Shown here in pieces: positions 27,872-37,583 of a stretch of DNA of 64,000 bases. The notes under the pieces were generated by a model, which had not been told where the DNA came from, searched no databases, and saw only the letters and a list, made by a program, of their open reading frames with translations. The translations under genes were made by a program, and so were the position numbers. The stretch covers positions 1 to 64,000 of the IMG/VR virus record IMGVR_UViG_3300030329_006602. One strand, 5' to 3'. Every line of letters starts with the position of its first letter. The stretch's first letter is position 1. The stretch comes from a virus.

Positions 27872-28812
27872 TCAGTGGCTATCCAATGATAGTCTAATTT
27901 CATAGTTTTTCCAATGCCTTCAAAGTTATGATCTTCTCGGCTTTTGGGACACGCCTCGTAGACTCTTGGTTTTTTTTCACTAAAAATTAGATTCGCTAAT
28001 AGGGAGCCGTGTGCTCCGATGATTATAGAGGCATTTCTAAACTGTCGAACATGTTCCGCCAGCCCTTCTGTGCCATTTAGAATTGTAAATCCCTTATTCT
28101 TTAAGAGTGGAATTACCTCGTCTTCGTTTTTAACTCTGCGTGAAGTGGTGCGTTGGAGATATAATTTTGTTGAAGAAGGGTAGGTTTTGCAGAGCGGGTA
28201 ATACTTGCTTCGTAAATAATCTAGCCCTACCAGCGTCCTTTGCGAGGGATATGCCGTGGGCGATGGATAATAAAGCGTTGGGACTCGATAGACGGTATCA
28301 CAAGCAGTCCTTCCTGGTAAATTTAAGCTAAGCGTCCTATCTCGGGGGTAACCTAACAATTCTAAATGTAGATTCAGATTGGTGACATGCGCAGAGCGCG
28401 GGGGCATGATTAAGATTTTATCAGGAATAGAGAGTCCTTCTATCTTTTGAAGGTCCTGGAAGACATCAAAGTTATGTCCGTAGACATAAATATTAAAATA
28501 GTGATGCGCATAGATATAGTTTTTTTTCTCTGGCAGTTCTTTAATTGTATAGTCGGCGAGGTTTATATTTTTTTTAATATCTTGCGACTCTAGAGTGTTA
28601 TTAGGTCGAGCTCCTTCATTGTGAAGGTTGTCCCAAAAATTATAGGTAAAATTTGCATGGGGGTGTAGCTCTCCGTTTTCATCATATATTGCTCCTCCCC
28701 CACCCAGGTAGACGTTTCTTAATTTGAGCACGTACTGCGGCCACTGTTTCTTATATAGGTGGGGAGGGAGGCTTGCGAAGGTGGTATTCGTTGGAGTATT
28801 TATAGGAATCAT
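27808..28812 (-). CDS. GT61 (DUF563) glycosyltransferase
   Basis: YGH; LYLQR..RRVKNEDEV; QFRNASIIIGAHGSLLANLIF. Confidence 0.85.
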   Translation of the reverse strand: MIPINTPTNTTFASLPPHLYKKQWPQYVLKLRNVYLGGGGAIYDENGELHPHANFTYNFWDNLHNEGARPNNTLESQDIKKNINLADYTIKELPEKKNYIYAHHYFNIYVYGHNFDVFQDLQKIEGLSIPDKILIMPPRSAHVTNLNLHLELLGYPRDRTLSLNLPGRTACDTVYRVPTLYYPSPTAYPSQRTLVGLDYLRSKYYPLCKTYPSSTKLYLQRTTSRRVKNEDEVIPLLKNKGFTILNGTEGLAEHVRQFRNASIIIGAHGSLLANLIFSEKKPRVYEACPKSREDHNFEGIGKTMKLDYHWIATDCCADYSINLDIKQLKKICQI

Positions 28813-28820
28813 TATAATCC

Positions 28821-29471
28821 TTAGCTAAATTTATATTCGAAGTACTCTATGTCCTTTTTGTAAATTTCCGCAACCACATTACGCGTACGAGAGTTGTAGT
28901 AATTTTTGTAATCTCCATGCTCGCTTTGGTTGGTATGGGGCACTGGTTCGTGGGGTATCTCAAAAATATTTTGCAAGGAAGCGACATCTTGATCTAGGTT
29001 TTCATATTTCCCTAGAAAATCAATGAAGCATTTTCCTTGCGAGTGAGTCCAGAGGTGTTGATTGAAAAAATGAAACTTTTTAAAGGGTTGTCTATCGTCG
29101 AAGTCATGAAAATTAAGACAAAAGTCTTCAAAGTTTTTAAATCTTTTAATGTTTGCTGCGGTTTGGTGGTCGTACTTGTATGCGAAATGCGTGCTGGTCA
29201 TATTGAAGAAATAGAAATATAAAGAAACAAATCGATCCCACGGGTTCCTTACGAAGGCAAATTTAAACGTGTCAATATTTCCTTGTTTCTCTAGTATTTC
29301 CCACGCTCCCGCTTGGAGAATGGGATGTATTGTAAGGTGACACTGCTGAATCAAGGCGGTTTGATTTAGGGAGGAGCCAGCCGTTTTGGGCACATGAAGA
29401 AAGATTTTCTTTTTTTTAATCATAATATGGATTGGGCGGACGCTCGTCAAGCCATTTTTCAAAGTCAACAA
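28821..29471 (-). CDS. Sulfotransferase (Sulfotransfer_2 family)
   Basis: FLHVPKTAGSS; FVRNPWDRFVSLY; FLGKYENL. Confidence 0.9.
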   Translation of the reverse strand: MLTLKNGLTSVRPIHIMIKKKKIFLHVPKTAGSSLNQTALIQQCHLTIHPILQAGAWEILEKQGNIDTFKFAFVRNPWDRFVSLYFYFFNMTSTHFAYKYDHQTAANIKRFKNFEDFCLNFHDFDDRQPFKKFHFFNQHLWTHSQGKCFIDFLGKYENLDQDVASLQNIFEIPHEPVPHTNQSEHGDYKNYYNSRTRNVVAEIYKKDIEYFEYKFS

Positions 29472-30273
29472 GCGAATGGTGCGTTGGCAGGTAACTAGGC
29501 CTATCCCCTCTGTACGTACAAATTAGTTCGGAAAACCCAGAAATGCTGCCGAGAAATACATCAGCATAAATGCAGTTTTGAAATTGGGTTAGCGTTCTAA
29601 GGGCGTCTTCCTTGCTTGGGTAATAGTTGAATTTTCCATGGTGTTCTTTGAGTAAAATTTTAAGGTCGGTGGGTTTGCCCTCTTCGTTGATGTAGTCACC
29701 GTTCTTTCTTGATCCGTCTGAATAGAGGTGTAGAAAATAGTCTTTGGGTTTATATGTTTTTAAGATTCTTTTAATTGCTCTAACGTAAAACTGATCGGAC
29801 CTTATGCGTTTTCGGAATTCGTCGCTCATCAATTTATTCCCCAAGAGTAGATCTCCCCTGCGAATCGAAATGGCTATATTGAGGACTTGCGGAAACATGC
29901 GGTCTGGAAGTGGGAGCCTTGACTGTTTGAATGAGTCTCGCAAGAACTCTTTAAAGTCTTGACTAAACGCTTTAAGTGGTATTGCAGGATGTTGGGCGTA
30001 AGTATACTTTTCTCGTTTAATACTATCAGGAAAATGGGTCTCAATGAACAGGCGAGCAGTAGATACATCGGGGAGCCCCAAGAAGTCTTCAATTAATCCT
30101 ACGTACCCCGTGGGAGGCTGACTTAGGCCAAACCCCAACTCTAATTGAGGAGGCATAAACTTTAAATCAAGAGATTGAGCTAACTTTAGTCCATGGGCAT
30201 AACAACAAAGGGCATGTCCTAGCCCTGACCCCTTGACTAGGTTATCATAAAAGAGATATCTTTCCTTGCTCAT
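29416..30273 (-). CDS. Fucosyltransferase-like GT-B protein
   Basis: GSGLGH; ISIRRGD; LYSDG; ADVFLGSISGFS. Confidence 0.6.
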   Translation of the reverse strand: MSKERYLFYDNLVKGSGLGHALCCYAHGLKLAQSLDLKFMPPQLELGFGLSQPPTGYVGLIEDFLGLPDVSTARLFIETHFPDSIKREKYTYAQHPAIPLKAFSQDFKEFLRDSFKQSRLPLPDRMFPQVLNIAISIRRGDLLLGNKLMSDEFRKRIRSDQFYVRAIKRILKTYKPKDYFLHLYSDGSRKNGDYINEEGKPTDLKILLKEHHGKFNYYPSKEDALRTLTQFQNCIYADVFLGSISGFSELICTYRGDRPSYLPTHHSLVDFEKWLDERPPNPYYD

Positions 30274-31256
30274 TGAAAATAGGATTTTACTTCCTCAATA
30301 TGGGGGGTGGTTCCTGTTGTGCCATTACAGTACCACTGGAAGTTTTTTTTAAAAATTTGAGAAGCATAAAGGTTCTCGTCCGTATATTCGTCTAGCACTT
30401 TTTGGAGTTCTCGTATAAATTTATAGCGATAATAGTTGGCGTGGGCTATGTGCGTATCCCGTATTCCTTGCGGGTCCCATTTTCTGGATAAACAGTCTTT
30501 AACTGCTTCAGCTACCCCTTCGGGGGTATCGTCACATATTATAGAATTTCCTTCATTATACCAAACATCCCTGCCTCCTTTAGAGGGTGTAGAAATCACG
30601 GGAATTCCGCATAAAAGGTATTCTGACGAGGAGTAGCAAGCCCCCTCTTCCTGTGAGAGTGATAGTCCGCAGTATGATTCATTTATAATATTGCATATTT
30701 CATCCTTGCTCAACCTTATACTTGGGTCGTTAATTGCAGGAGGTAAGTCAAAGCTTAAATCGTCGTGAGTGTGGCCTCCTGCTGCAAGAGCCAGGCGCGG
30801 AATTTGGGAGGCTAAATGGTGACGCTTGAAGTCTGTGGCTCGGGCGATATATAGTGCATTGTATTTTTTTTCTAGATCCCTGGGTTTTAAAAAGTCGTCG
30901 TCAAGCCATGCGTTATGATTTATAATAGTGCCACGCAGTCCGAAAGCCGCGCCATTTTTCTCTTCTTCGGGGGAGTTGTAGAGTATAAAGAAGTTGTTTT
31001 TGTTCAAGCCGAGGTGGTCCAGGATATAGCGACTCTGATTTGCGAGATGTGAAGACAGGTGCCATCCGAGGGTAACAAAGAAAAAATCGGTATCTCTAAT
31101 GTTTTTTGCGCACGACTTTAACCATGTATAGTTATGAGGAATGTTTTCTATAAGAAAAATTCTGCAATTGGCATCTTCGAATAAGGGGGAGAAGGGGAAG
31201 TGGGCGTTGGGCCAGGTGTATATGTTTTCCTCGTTTATGTTGTGGTATGGGTCCAT
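30270..31256 (-). CDS. GT4-like glycosyltransferase
   Basis: KRHHL; LSQEEGACYSSSEYLLCGIPVIST. Confidence 0.8.
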   Translation of the reverse strand: MDPYHNINEENIYTWPNAHFPFSPLFEDANCRIFLIENIPHNYTWLKSCAKNIRDTDFFFVTLGWHLSSHLANQSRYILDHLGLNKNNFFILYNSPEEEKNGAAFGLRGTIINHNAWLDDDFLKPRDLEKKYNALYIARATDFKRHHLASQIPRLALAAGGHTHDDLSFDLPPAINDPSIRLSKDEICNIINESYCGLSLSQEEGACYSSSEYLLCGIPVISTPSKGGRDVWYNEGNSIICDDTPEGVAEAVKDCLSRKWDPQGIRDTHIAHANYYRYKFIRELQKVLDEYTDENLYASQIFKKNFQWYCNGTTGTTPHIEEVKSYFQ

Positions 31257-31906
31257 GGGTTGAAACTGTTTTTTTTTATGAGCGAGATGCAGGTGTAGTC
31301 GACTCGCGTAAACTCGCTTACTTTGTCTCCGAAAAACTCGTCAACCGCTTTTTTGCACCCCTGCCAGTGTCCGTAGTCATCTATTATTAAGACTCCTCCA
31401 GGAGAAACCTTTTCCCATAAAACTTCTAGTTCCGCTTTGGTTGAGGCATAAAAATCAGTGTCCAGCCTTAGGAGCGAAATGGAGTCGGGTATATTTTTCT
31501 CACGGAGAAGCGTTTGGCAAACGTCTCCTTTTATGAAGTGTGTTTTTTCTTCGGGAAAGCGGGATTGAGATACAACTCCTTTAACTAACTCTAAGGATGC
31601 CATGCACTGGACTTCCTTCCAGATATCTCCCGCAAAGGTTTCGTGTAGATCACAATCAACCGCCTCAGGAGCTGTCATTCCCTCGAAGGTATCATAGAGC
31701 CATACATTTTTATTGAAAGACTGGTGGCTCTCCAGGTACTTCATTATTCCTAGAATATTACCCCCTTGAAAGACTCCGCACTCAACATAATCTCCTTCAA
31801 TTTTATTTACTCTAACATGCTCCAGGGCATCATGCAAAGCTTCGATCCTTTTGGGAGATGTAATGCTATAGGGCTGAACTATCTCCATGAAGCTTTGCTT
31901 ATCCAC
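31235..31906 (-). CDS. TylF/MycF/NovP sugar O-methyltransferase
   Basis: GDYVECGVFQGG; YDTFEGM; LLRLDTDFYAST; IIDDYGHWQGCKKAVDEF. Confidence 0.92.
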   Translation of the reverse strand: MDKQSFMEIVQPYSITSPKRIEALHDALEHVRVNKIEGDYVECGVFQGGNILGIMKYLESHQSFNKNVWLYDTFEGMTAPEAVDCDLHETFAGDIWKEVQCMASLELVKGVVSQSRFPEEKTHFIKGDVCQTLLREKNIPDSISLLRLDTDFYASTKAELEVLWEKVSPGGVLIIDDYGHWQGCKKAVDEFFGDKVSEFTRVDYTCISLIKKNSFNPWTHTTT

Positions 31907-32411
31907 TTGCTAGCGCTCCTTCCTTTTTTAGGATCCAACTGGAATCTGAAAAAATCTCAGGTTTAATGCCTATAACGGTATCAATGGACCGCTGAACCTC
32001 CGTATAATAATCGTGCCCACTTAAGTAACCTCCGTCTTTAATTAAAGGAAGGGATAACTTAATGTCTTCCCTTACAGCCTCGTAATCATGCATTCCATCA
32101 ATGTAAATTAGATCAAAGGATTGTGGCTGAAACTGTTGTGTTATTTCATTGAATCTACCCTGGTGGTGCACTATGTTGAGTAGTCCTTTTAGTCGCGGTG
32201 GCGCCGCCTGCACGTCGATTGTGTGAACTACTGCGGCGTACTGCGCAAACAGTTCAGCACTTACTCCTTGATGGCATCCCAACTCTAGTATTACGCTCTG
32301 GGGGCTCACATATTTAAGGCATAAATCGTTGAGGCCGTGGAGTAGGTTGTACCCCTGATCAGCTCCTCCACCCTCCATTCTTTCTTGGTCTAAGTTAAGT
32401 GATAGTGGCAT
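31899..32411 (-). CDS. Methyltransferase (Methyltransf_24)
   Basis: LELGCHQGVS; FDLIYIDGMHDYEAVRED; GGYLSGHDY. Confidence 0.88.
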   Translation of the reverse strand: MPLSLNLDQERMEGGGADQGYNLLHGLNDLCLKYVSPQSVILELGCHQGVSAELFAQYAAVVHTIDVQAAPPRLKGLLNIVHHQGRFNEITQQFQPQSFDLIYIDGMHDYEAVREDIKLSLPLIKDGGYLSGHDYYTEVQRSIDTVIGIKPEIFSDSSWILKKEGALASG

Positions 32412-33387
32412 CGTAATACTCCCTTATATTTCTTATAAAGTTTTTCCCTGTGCAAAGCTTGTATGCTTCTAGTCCTTTTTGTCTCATTGTTTCTTCTTGT
32501 TGTGGTGTAATGCGGGCGAGAATTTGCCGTAATTGATAGTAATCTTTTTCGGGTATTTTTACAGTGCATTCATCCCAGTTGACCCCTCTTATTGTAGGGA
32601 ACATCATGGTGTCTGCTAGGATTACGGGTATAGCCCCGCTCCCTAAGCTCTCTAGAAAGCGAATGGAGGTAGGTCCCGTACCCGAGGGACACAAGGAAAA
32701 TCGTGAGCGCGTTAATATCTTTTCATAAAATTTGGACTTTTCTTCATTGATGTATTTTTGCACCGCAGACGTCGGAGCGCCGAGGATTTGGTCGCCGTAT
32801 ACATCGCTGTCAAACTGCCATCCTTTGCGTTCTATTATTACCGCATTTGTTTCGTGATCATCTTTAAATATTTTGTCTCTTATTTTGGATATGTGTTTGG
32901 GGCCGTAGGAGCCAATGAAGGAATAGAATACGTCTTTGGTGTGGGTTGGTGTTCCTATGAATACGGGGGCTAGGAAAATTGTGTCTATGGTAATTCCATC
33001 GATAGTAGGGGCAGTTCCATCGGAGTGATAGTAAAACTCTTTTGTCGTGTAGCCCGACTTCGCTACCATATGGGAAGCAAAGAGAGTTTTTATTCCCATC
33101 GTTTTTAGAATGGGGAGGATAGTGTGAAAACGGTCATGCTGGCAGACCGTAAAGCCGTTTTTGACTTGTAGCTCTTGTAGCTCTTGGATATAGCGACCAG
33201 CTTTTTCCTTATCGGCCCGTGTGCCGAAATCTAATTTGTCTATTAAGGTGGACCACGCAACCGCCACATACGTTACATCCGCCCGAAGGGGAACCTTCTT
33301 AAGGAGATCGTAAGTATTTTTTTCGGTTAGTACGGGTTTTTGCCATTCATAGATATCCTGATGGACAATTTCCATTATTCGAGACAA
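32395..33387 (-). CDS. GT47 exostosin-like glycosyltransferase
   Basis: SFIGS; SRFSLCPSGTGPTSIRFLESLGSGAIPVILAD. Confidence 0.85.
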   Translation of the reverse strand: MSRIMEIVHQDIYEWQKPVLTEKNTYDLLKKVPLRADVTYVAVAWSTLIDKLDFGTRADKEKAGRYIQELQELQVKNGFTVCQHDRFHTILPILKTMGIKTLFASHMVAKSGYTTKEFYYHSDGTAPTIDGITIDTIFLAPVFIGTPTHTKDVFYSFIGSYGPKHISKIRDKIFKDDHETNAVIIERKGWQFDSDVYGDQILGAPTSAVQKYINEEKSKFYEKILTRSRFSLCPSGTGPTSIRFLESLGSGAIPVILADTMMFPTIRGVNWDECTVKIPEKDYYQLRQILARITPQQEETMRQKGLEAYKLCTGKNFIRNIREYYDATIT

Positions 33388-33851
33388 ATCTCGGAAACAT
33401 AAAAAGCAGCTCCTTTATAGCCAATAAATTTAAGAAGTTTTGCAGACTTGAGATCGCACTTAGAGGGCTCCATTGTGAGAGCATCTAAGGCTACCGTGAC
33501 GGTATGTTCTTCTCCTGACCCTGCGTCAAGCATATCTAATTCAAAATCTCCCGACTCTTCTCCACTCTCATCCTCTAGTCTAATAAGGCCCCCACATTCC
33601 TCATCCGTGTAGACTGTAAATTTTAACACGTTAAACTCCGTAACATCCAAGGGGTCCCAGGAGCTCTGGAGGGGAATTGCACACGCAAACCAATCTTGTT
33701 TAGAGGTTGAATCGTGTACGAGCTTAAGTCGAGGGACTCCCTGGGCAACTTCAATGGGTACTTTTTCAGGATCAAGGGTGGTGGCTAAATTAGTTGACCA
33801 ACTATTCTTTAATTCTTTTGCTAAACACAGTGCTGGGTTAAAAATATCCAT
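33375..33851 (-). CDS. Carbohydrate-binding-like beta-sandwich protein
   Basis: LDVTEFNVLKFTV..FYVSEI pattern resembling galactose-binding-like/CBM11 folds. Confidence 0.5.
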   Translation of the reverse strand: MDIFNPALCLAKELKNSWSTNLATTLDPEKVPIEVAQGVPRLKLVHDSTSKQDWFACAIPLQSSWDPLDVTEFNVLKFTVYTDEECGGLIRLEDESGEESGDFELDMLDAGSGEEHTVTVALDALTMEPSKCDLKSAKLLKFIGYKGAAFYVSEICLE

Positions 33852-35256
33852 AAGTTTCTATTAGTTCTAATAATCCGTCATCATTAATGAATGAGACTCT
33901 GTCGATATTACTGAATTTTTGATTATTTTCTATATAAAAATTAAAGGGAGAGGCGTTAATATTGTCTGTCTTGAGTGCTACATAGTCTGGTCTTATTATT
34001 TTGTCGTGGGTTCTGAGTTGTTCTTTTATATGGTTTATTTGTTTAATTGTAATGGGTGCTGCCGTATCTGACAAGACAATTAGGTACTCGTGATCGCTGA
34101 AATAATGCCGTAGGAGGTTGAGGATTGCGTTTTTTTGATCTAATTTTTCTACGTTGCGGTTGGTGGGGCGGATAGGTAGGTATCCTATGTGGTTTATATA
34201 TCTTTTGAGCTGGGTTTCTCCACGGAGATATTCACAGAAAACGGCTTCTATTTTACCCTGTAAAAACGAGAGATTTCTGAGATTTTTAGTTAGAGAACGG
34301 GTGGCAGGGGAGCTTATTTTGTCTTTAAGTAAAACCACTGCGCAGTTTTTTTGCAACGATATGAGTTCATCCTCCATTAGACCGTACTCTATGGCCTGAT
34401 AGTATAGCCTTTTATTGTGTTTCCCTGCTGGCGAAAGGTTATCCTCGTCCCATTGTTGGGGGTGCATTAAATGGTATAAATCTTCTGTGTTTTGATTAAC
34501 TGGGTGGGCTTGTTTGAGTATGCCTGAAACCGCCGTGTCCCAATGAGGTTCTCCTATTATAAAGTCGGGAAGTAAATCTAAAGTTTGGGTTAGCATTTCT
34601 TTGGTGAGTGCTATGCCGTCTACCCCAATTTCATAGTGGCTAAATGGTTGGGAAAATATGTCTTCATAATTATCTACGGGGGGGATATCGCGCCTCATGA
34701 ATTCTGTGATGGGGTCTCTTGTTTTAATTAATTTTTTATAGATAGATGGGTGAACAGGGCAGTCCAAATTGGAGTATAGGATGACATCTCCTTTGTTGGC
34801 TAATGAAGAGGCTGCTTGAAGCATGTCCTTGAGGTAGGCTGTGTCAATGGGGTTGTTTAGTTCACTCCGCGCCGTACGGGTTAAGCGTCTAGTTTGCCAA
34901 CCCTTTCGGGCAATATTTTCTGAAACACACCCTAATAGTATAACATCTTTTGTTTTTGCTCGCTCTATTGATTCAAGGGCTAGCTCTATTCTATTGGCTA
35001 AATTAGGATTACGAGCTTGGCGGGGTAAGATTAAGTTTACTACGTGAATAACCTTACGTTTTTTGCGGGGAATAAAAACTTGGACAGGGGGAGAATTAAC
35101 TATGAAGTCGAAAGTCTTTTTTGGGGGCTTAAAGCAAAACTTCCACAACCATCTGTGCCACTTTTTCTCGGAGCGTTTAAGAAATTGATGTTCTCTGTCT
35201 AGTTTATTTAGTTTTTTATCTAGCCAGTTTTCTAGTTTTTGCAGGAAGGTAGACAT
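33838..35256 (-). CDS. Hypothetical GT-like protein
   Basis: LYSNLD; GVDG; PDFIIGEPHWD; YHLMH. Confidence 0.6.
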   Translation of the reverse strand: MSTFLQKLENWLDKKLNKLDREHQFLKRSEKKWHRWLWKFCFKPPKKTFDFIVNSPPVQVFIPRKKRKVIHVVNLILPRQARNPNLANRIELALESIERAKTKDVILLGCVSENIARKGWQTRRLTRTARSELNNPIDTAYLKDMLQAASSLANKGDVILYSNLDCPVHPSIYKKLIKTRDPITEFMRRDIPPVDNYEDIFSQPFSHYEIGVDGIALTKEMLTQTLDLLPDFIIGEPHWDTAVSGILKQAHPVNQNTEDLYHLMHPQQWDEDNLSPAGKHNKRLYYQAIEYGLMEDELISLQKNCAVVLLKDKISSPATRSLTKNLRNLSFLQGKIEAVFCEYLRGETQLKRYINHIGYLPIRPTNRNVEKLDQKNAILNLLRHYFSDHEYLIVLSDTAAPITIKQINHIKEQLRTHDKIIRPDYVALKTDNINASPFNFYIENNQKFSNIDRVSFINDDGLLELIETYGYF

Positions 35257-35342
35257 CGCTTATTATAGTAAGCCCGAGCGCTAGAGCTTCTACCGAAAAT
35301 CCTAGGATCCCGTTATGAAGAGATTGTTTGGGTGCGCAGGAG

Positions 35343-35429
35343 TTAAGCGTGAGTGGGTGCCCTCACTAGTAAGGCGGCGCTTTGCTTAATGACTAAAGCT
35401 CCTAATTTTTTGATAATTATTGCCGCCAT
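35343..35429 (-). CDS. Possible 28-aa small protein
   Basis: MAAIIIKKLGALVIKQSAALLVRAPTHA*, 6 nt after the upstream stop. Confidence 0.35.
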   Translation of the reverse strand: MAAIIIKKLGALVIKQSAALLVRAPTHA

Positions 35430-35435
35430 AATTCA

Positions 35436-35870
35436 CTACCTTCTTTTACTGGGAATGGCGTAGAATCCAACCACCATAAAGCATAAATCCATGAATGACA
35501 TCAATAGTAACCCTCCTGTCATCCTAACCATTTCCCAGTCATTGCCTCCAAAGAGCCAACTAAATATTCCCCATTTAGCATTGGAGCCCCTTGGTACGAG
35601 TACATCATAGGTAATATGAGGATTCATTGCGTAATAAATCATTAGGAAGCACATTGTCATGGTAATACTAAGAAAGAGTACTCGTCTCGTAGCCTTTACG
35701 AAAGGGTCTTTCGCTTGTTGGGCTTGGTTGTCTAGGAGAGCTGTAACTATTTTGTCATCTCGCGCGGCGAGAAGTAGTTGGTCTTGTCTTTTTTGTTCCA
35801 ACCAGCTGTTTATGAGGTTTGCGGCGAGCTTGATTCCTGCACCTATAATAGTATTTAGTATTGGTCCCAT
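35436..35870 (-). CDS. Membrane protein (holin-like topology)
   Basis: Amphipathic N-terminus, two TMs, basic C-terminus. Confidence 0.6.
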   Translation of the reverse strand: MGPILNTIIGAGIKLAANLINSWLEQKRQDQLLLAARDDKIVTALLDNQAQQAKDPFVKATRRVLFLSITMTMCFLMIYYAMNPHITYDVLVPRGSNAKWGIFSWLFGGNDWEMVRMTGGLLLMSFMDLCFMVVGFYAIPSKRR

Positions 35871-35873
35871 ATT

Positions 35874-36521
35874 TTATCCTGCACTCACATGTAATGCCGT
35901 TCCTTGTCGGAAAAGCTGTCCCCTATTATTGGGGTCACTACTCGGCAGGGTATAGTAATTAATAAAGACTCCAGTTCCACTCGCCATAAAGAGATAGTCT
36001 CCCGTATCCCAGGCTCCTGTTCCTACTTGAACTCCGAAATTAGACTGCATAACCCCACTTTCAGTGTCCGTGGGGCCTGCCCCGCTCACATGTAAATGAT
36101 GATCGGGGGTAAAGGTGCCTCCTACAGCAACGCGATCATTGGCATAATCATAGGTTAGTCCCGAGGCTCCCTGTAGTGTGTTGCCTGAATTAAATTGAAA
36201 TTGAGGTTCACTCCCGCCAATTGGATTAGGGTTTCCCGTATAACCTACAGCAACCCGAGAAGTGCTGGAATCAACTATGGTATAAACATCTCCTGAGCCG
36301 CTTATAGATAAGAGGTTATTAAACCCATTTAATTCCCAAACTCCCTCGTTGCCTGTCACCCCACTAAGGGCCGTAGGGGCCCCATCTTCTAAAATGGCAC
36401 CGCTTATATCTCCTATGGCGAATCGACGCTCGCCATCTGCTGCGGCAGTATTGTACCCAACTACAAATTGACCAGTTTGTGGGTTGCCTTCCTGTGTAAA
36501 CTCTCCGAAATTCTTTGGCAT
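35874..36521 (-). CDS. Tail-fibre-like virion protein
   Basis: QFQFNSGNTLQGASGLTYD; RVAVG..PDHHLHVSG; LPSSDPNNRGQLFRQG..LHVSAG; GTGTA motif upstream. Confidence 0.75.
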   Translation of the reverse strand: MPKNFGEFTQEGNPQTGQFVVGYNTAAADGERRFAIGDISGAILEDGAPTALSGVTGNEGVWELNGFNNLLSISGSGDVYTIVDSSTSRVAVGYTGNPNPIGGSEPQFQFNSGNTLQGASGLTYDYANDRVAVGGTFTPDHHLHVSGAGPTDTESGVMQSNFGVQVGTGAWDTGDYLFMASGTGVFINYYTLPSSDPNNRGQLFRQGTALHVSAG

Positions 36522-36599
36522 CTCACTTTTATATACACTAATCGCGCGAGGGCCAGAATTTAAAATGCTATTTTTATGCTATCCTGTGTATTTTCAGTC

Positions 36600-36625
36600 T
36601 ATATCGTCCACTGCTGCTGGGTTTT
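36600..36625. repeat. Dispersed 26-nt intergenic element, copy 2 (TATATCGTCCACTGCTGCTGGGTTTT)
   Basis: 24/26 identical to 857-882. Confidence 0.8.
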
Positions 36626-37583
36626 ATTTTTTATTTTTTTTATTTTTCTTAAACCATTCGTAAGTGAGGTTTAAGCCTTGTTTTAGGCTAGTTTTTTGAG
36701 AAATACCTAGCTGAGAGGCCCTTGAGACGTCCATTAGCTTGCGCATAGTGCCATCAGGCTTGCTCGAATCGAAGGAAATATCCCCTTTGAAGCCTGTAAC
36801 TTCTTTAATCTTTAGGGCCAGCTCTTTAATGGTAATATCGGTGCCTGATCCTATGTTTAATTGGGAGATTCCTAAATTATATATGTCTGAAGCCTCAATT
36901 TTCTCCAGGCATGTAACTATGGCAGTAGCCAGGTCATCCACCAGCAGAAATTCTCTGCGTGGGGCGCCGCTTCCCCAAATTTCCACACTGCCCATCCCTT
37001 TTTCCTTGGCCTCATGGAACTTGCGCAATAAAGCGGGGAGTACATGGGAGGTTTGTAGGTCAAAGTGGTCATTGATGCCATAAAGGTTGCATGGCATTAA
37101 GGAATAGAAGTTACAGTCATGTTGGTGGTAAAAGCTTTCGCATAATTTAATTCCTGCGATTTTAGCTACGGCGTAAGGTTCGTTAGTGGGTTCCAGGGGT
37201 CCTGTAAGTAGGGATTCCTCGGTAATGGGTTGAGGGGCCTGCGTGGGGTAGATACAAGAGGATCCTAGAAAGATCAGTTTCTTCGTTGCCGTTTCTTTTG
37301 CTGCCTGAATTACATTTGTCTCTATCTGTAGATTATTGTATAAAAAATCCCCTCTAAAGGTGTTATTGGCGAGTATGCCGCCCACGGTCGCTGCAGCTAT
37401 AACGACATAGCGAGGCTTGTACGCCTGAAAAAAGGCCCCTACTGACTTTTGATTTCTTAAATCGAGATTAGTGCTTGAGACATAAAGAATATTCGTATAA
37501 CCCCGATCCTCTAACTCACGGACCACCGCTGAACCCACCATTCCGTTGTGGCCCGCCACGTATATAGCTGCATTTTTATCCAT
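36624..37583 (-). CDS. fcl: GDP-L-fucose synthase
   Basis: AGHNGMVGSA; VGGILAN; LGSSCIYP; LEPTNEPYAVAKIAG; SHVLPAL; KPDGTMRK. Confidence 0.97.
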   Translation of the reverse strand: MDKNAAIYVAGHNGMVGSAVVRELEDRGYTNILYVSSTNLDLRNQKSVGAFFQAYKPRYVVIAAATVGGILANNTFRGDFLYNNLQIETNVIQAAKETATKKLIFLGSSCIYPTQAPQPITEESLLTGPLEPTNEPYAVAKIAGIKLCESFYHQHDCNFYSLMPCNLYGINDHFDLQTSHVLPALLRKFHEAKEKGMGSVEIWGSGAPRREFLLVDDLATAIVTCLEKIEASDIYNLGISQLNIGSGTDITIKELALKIKEVTGFKGDISFDSSKPDGTMRKLMDVSRASQLGISQKTSLKQGLNLTYEWFKKNKKNKK

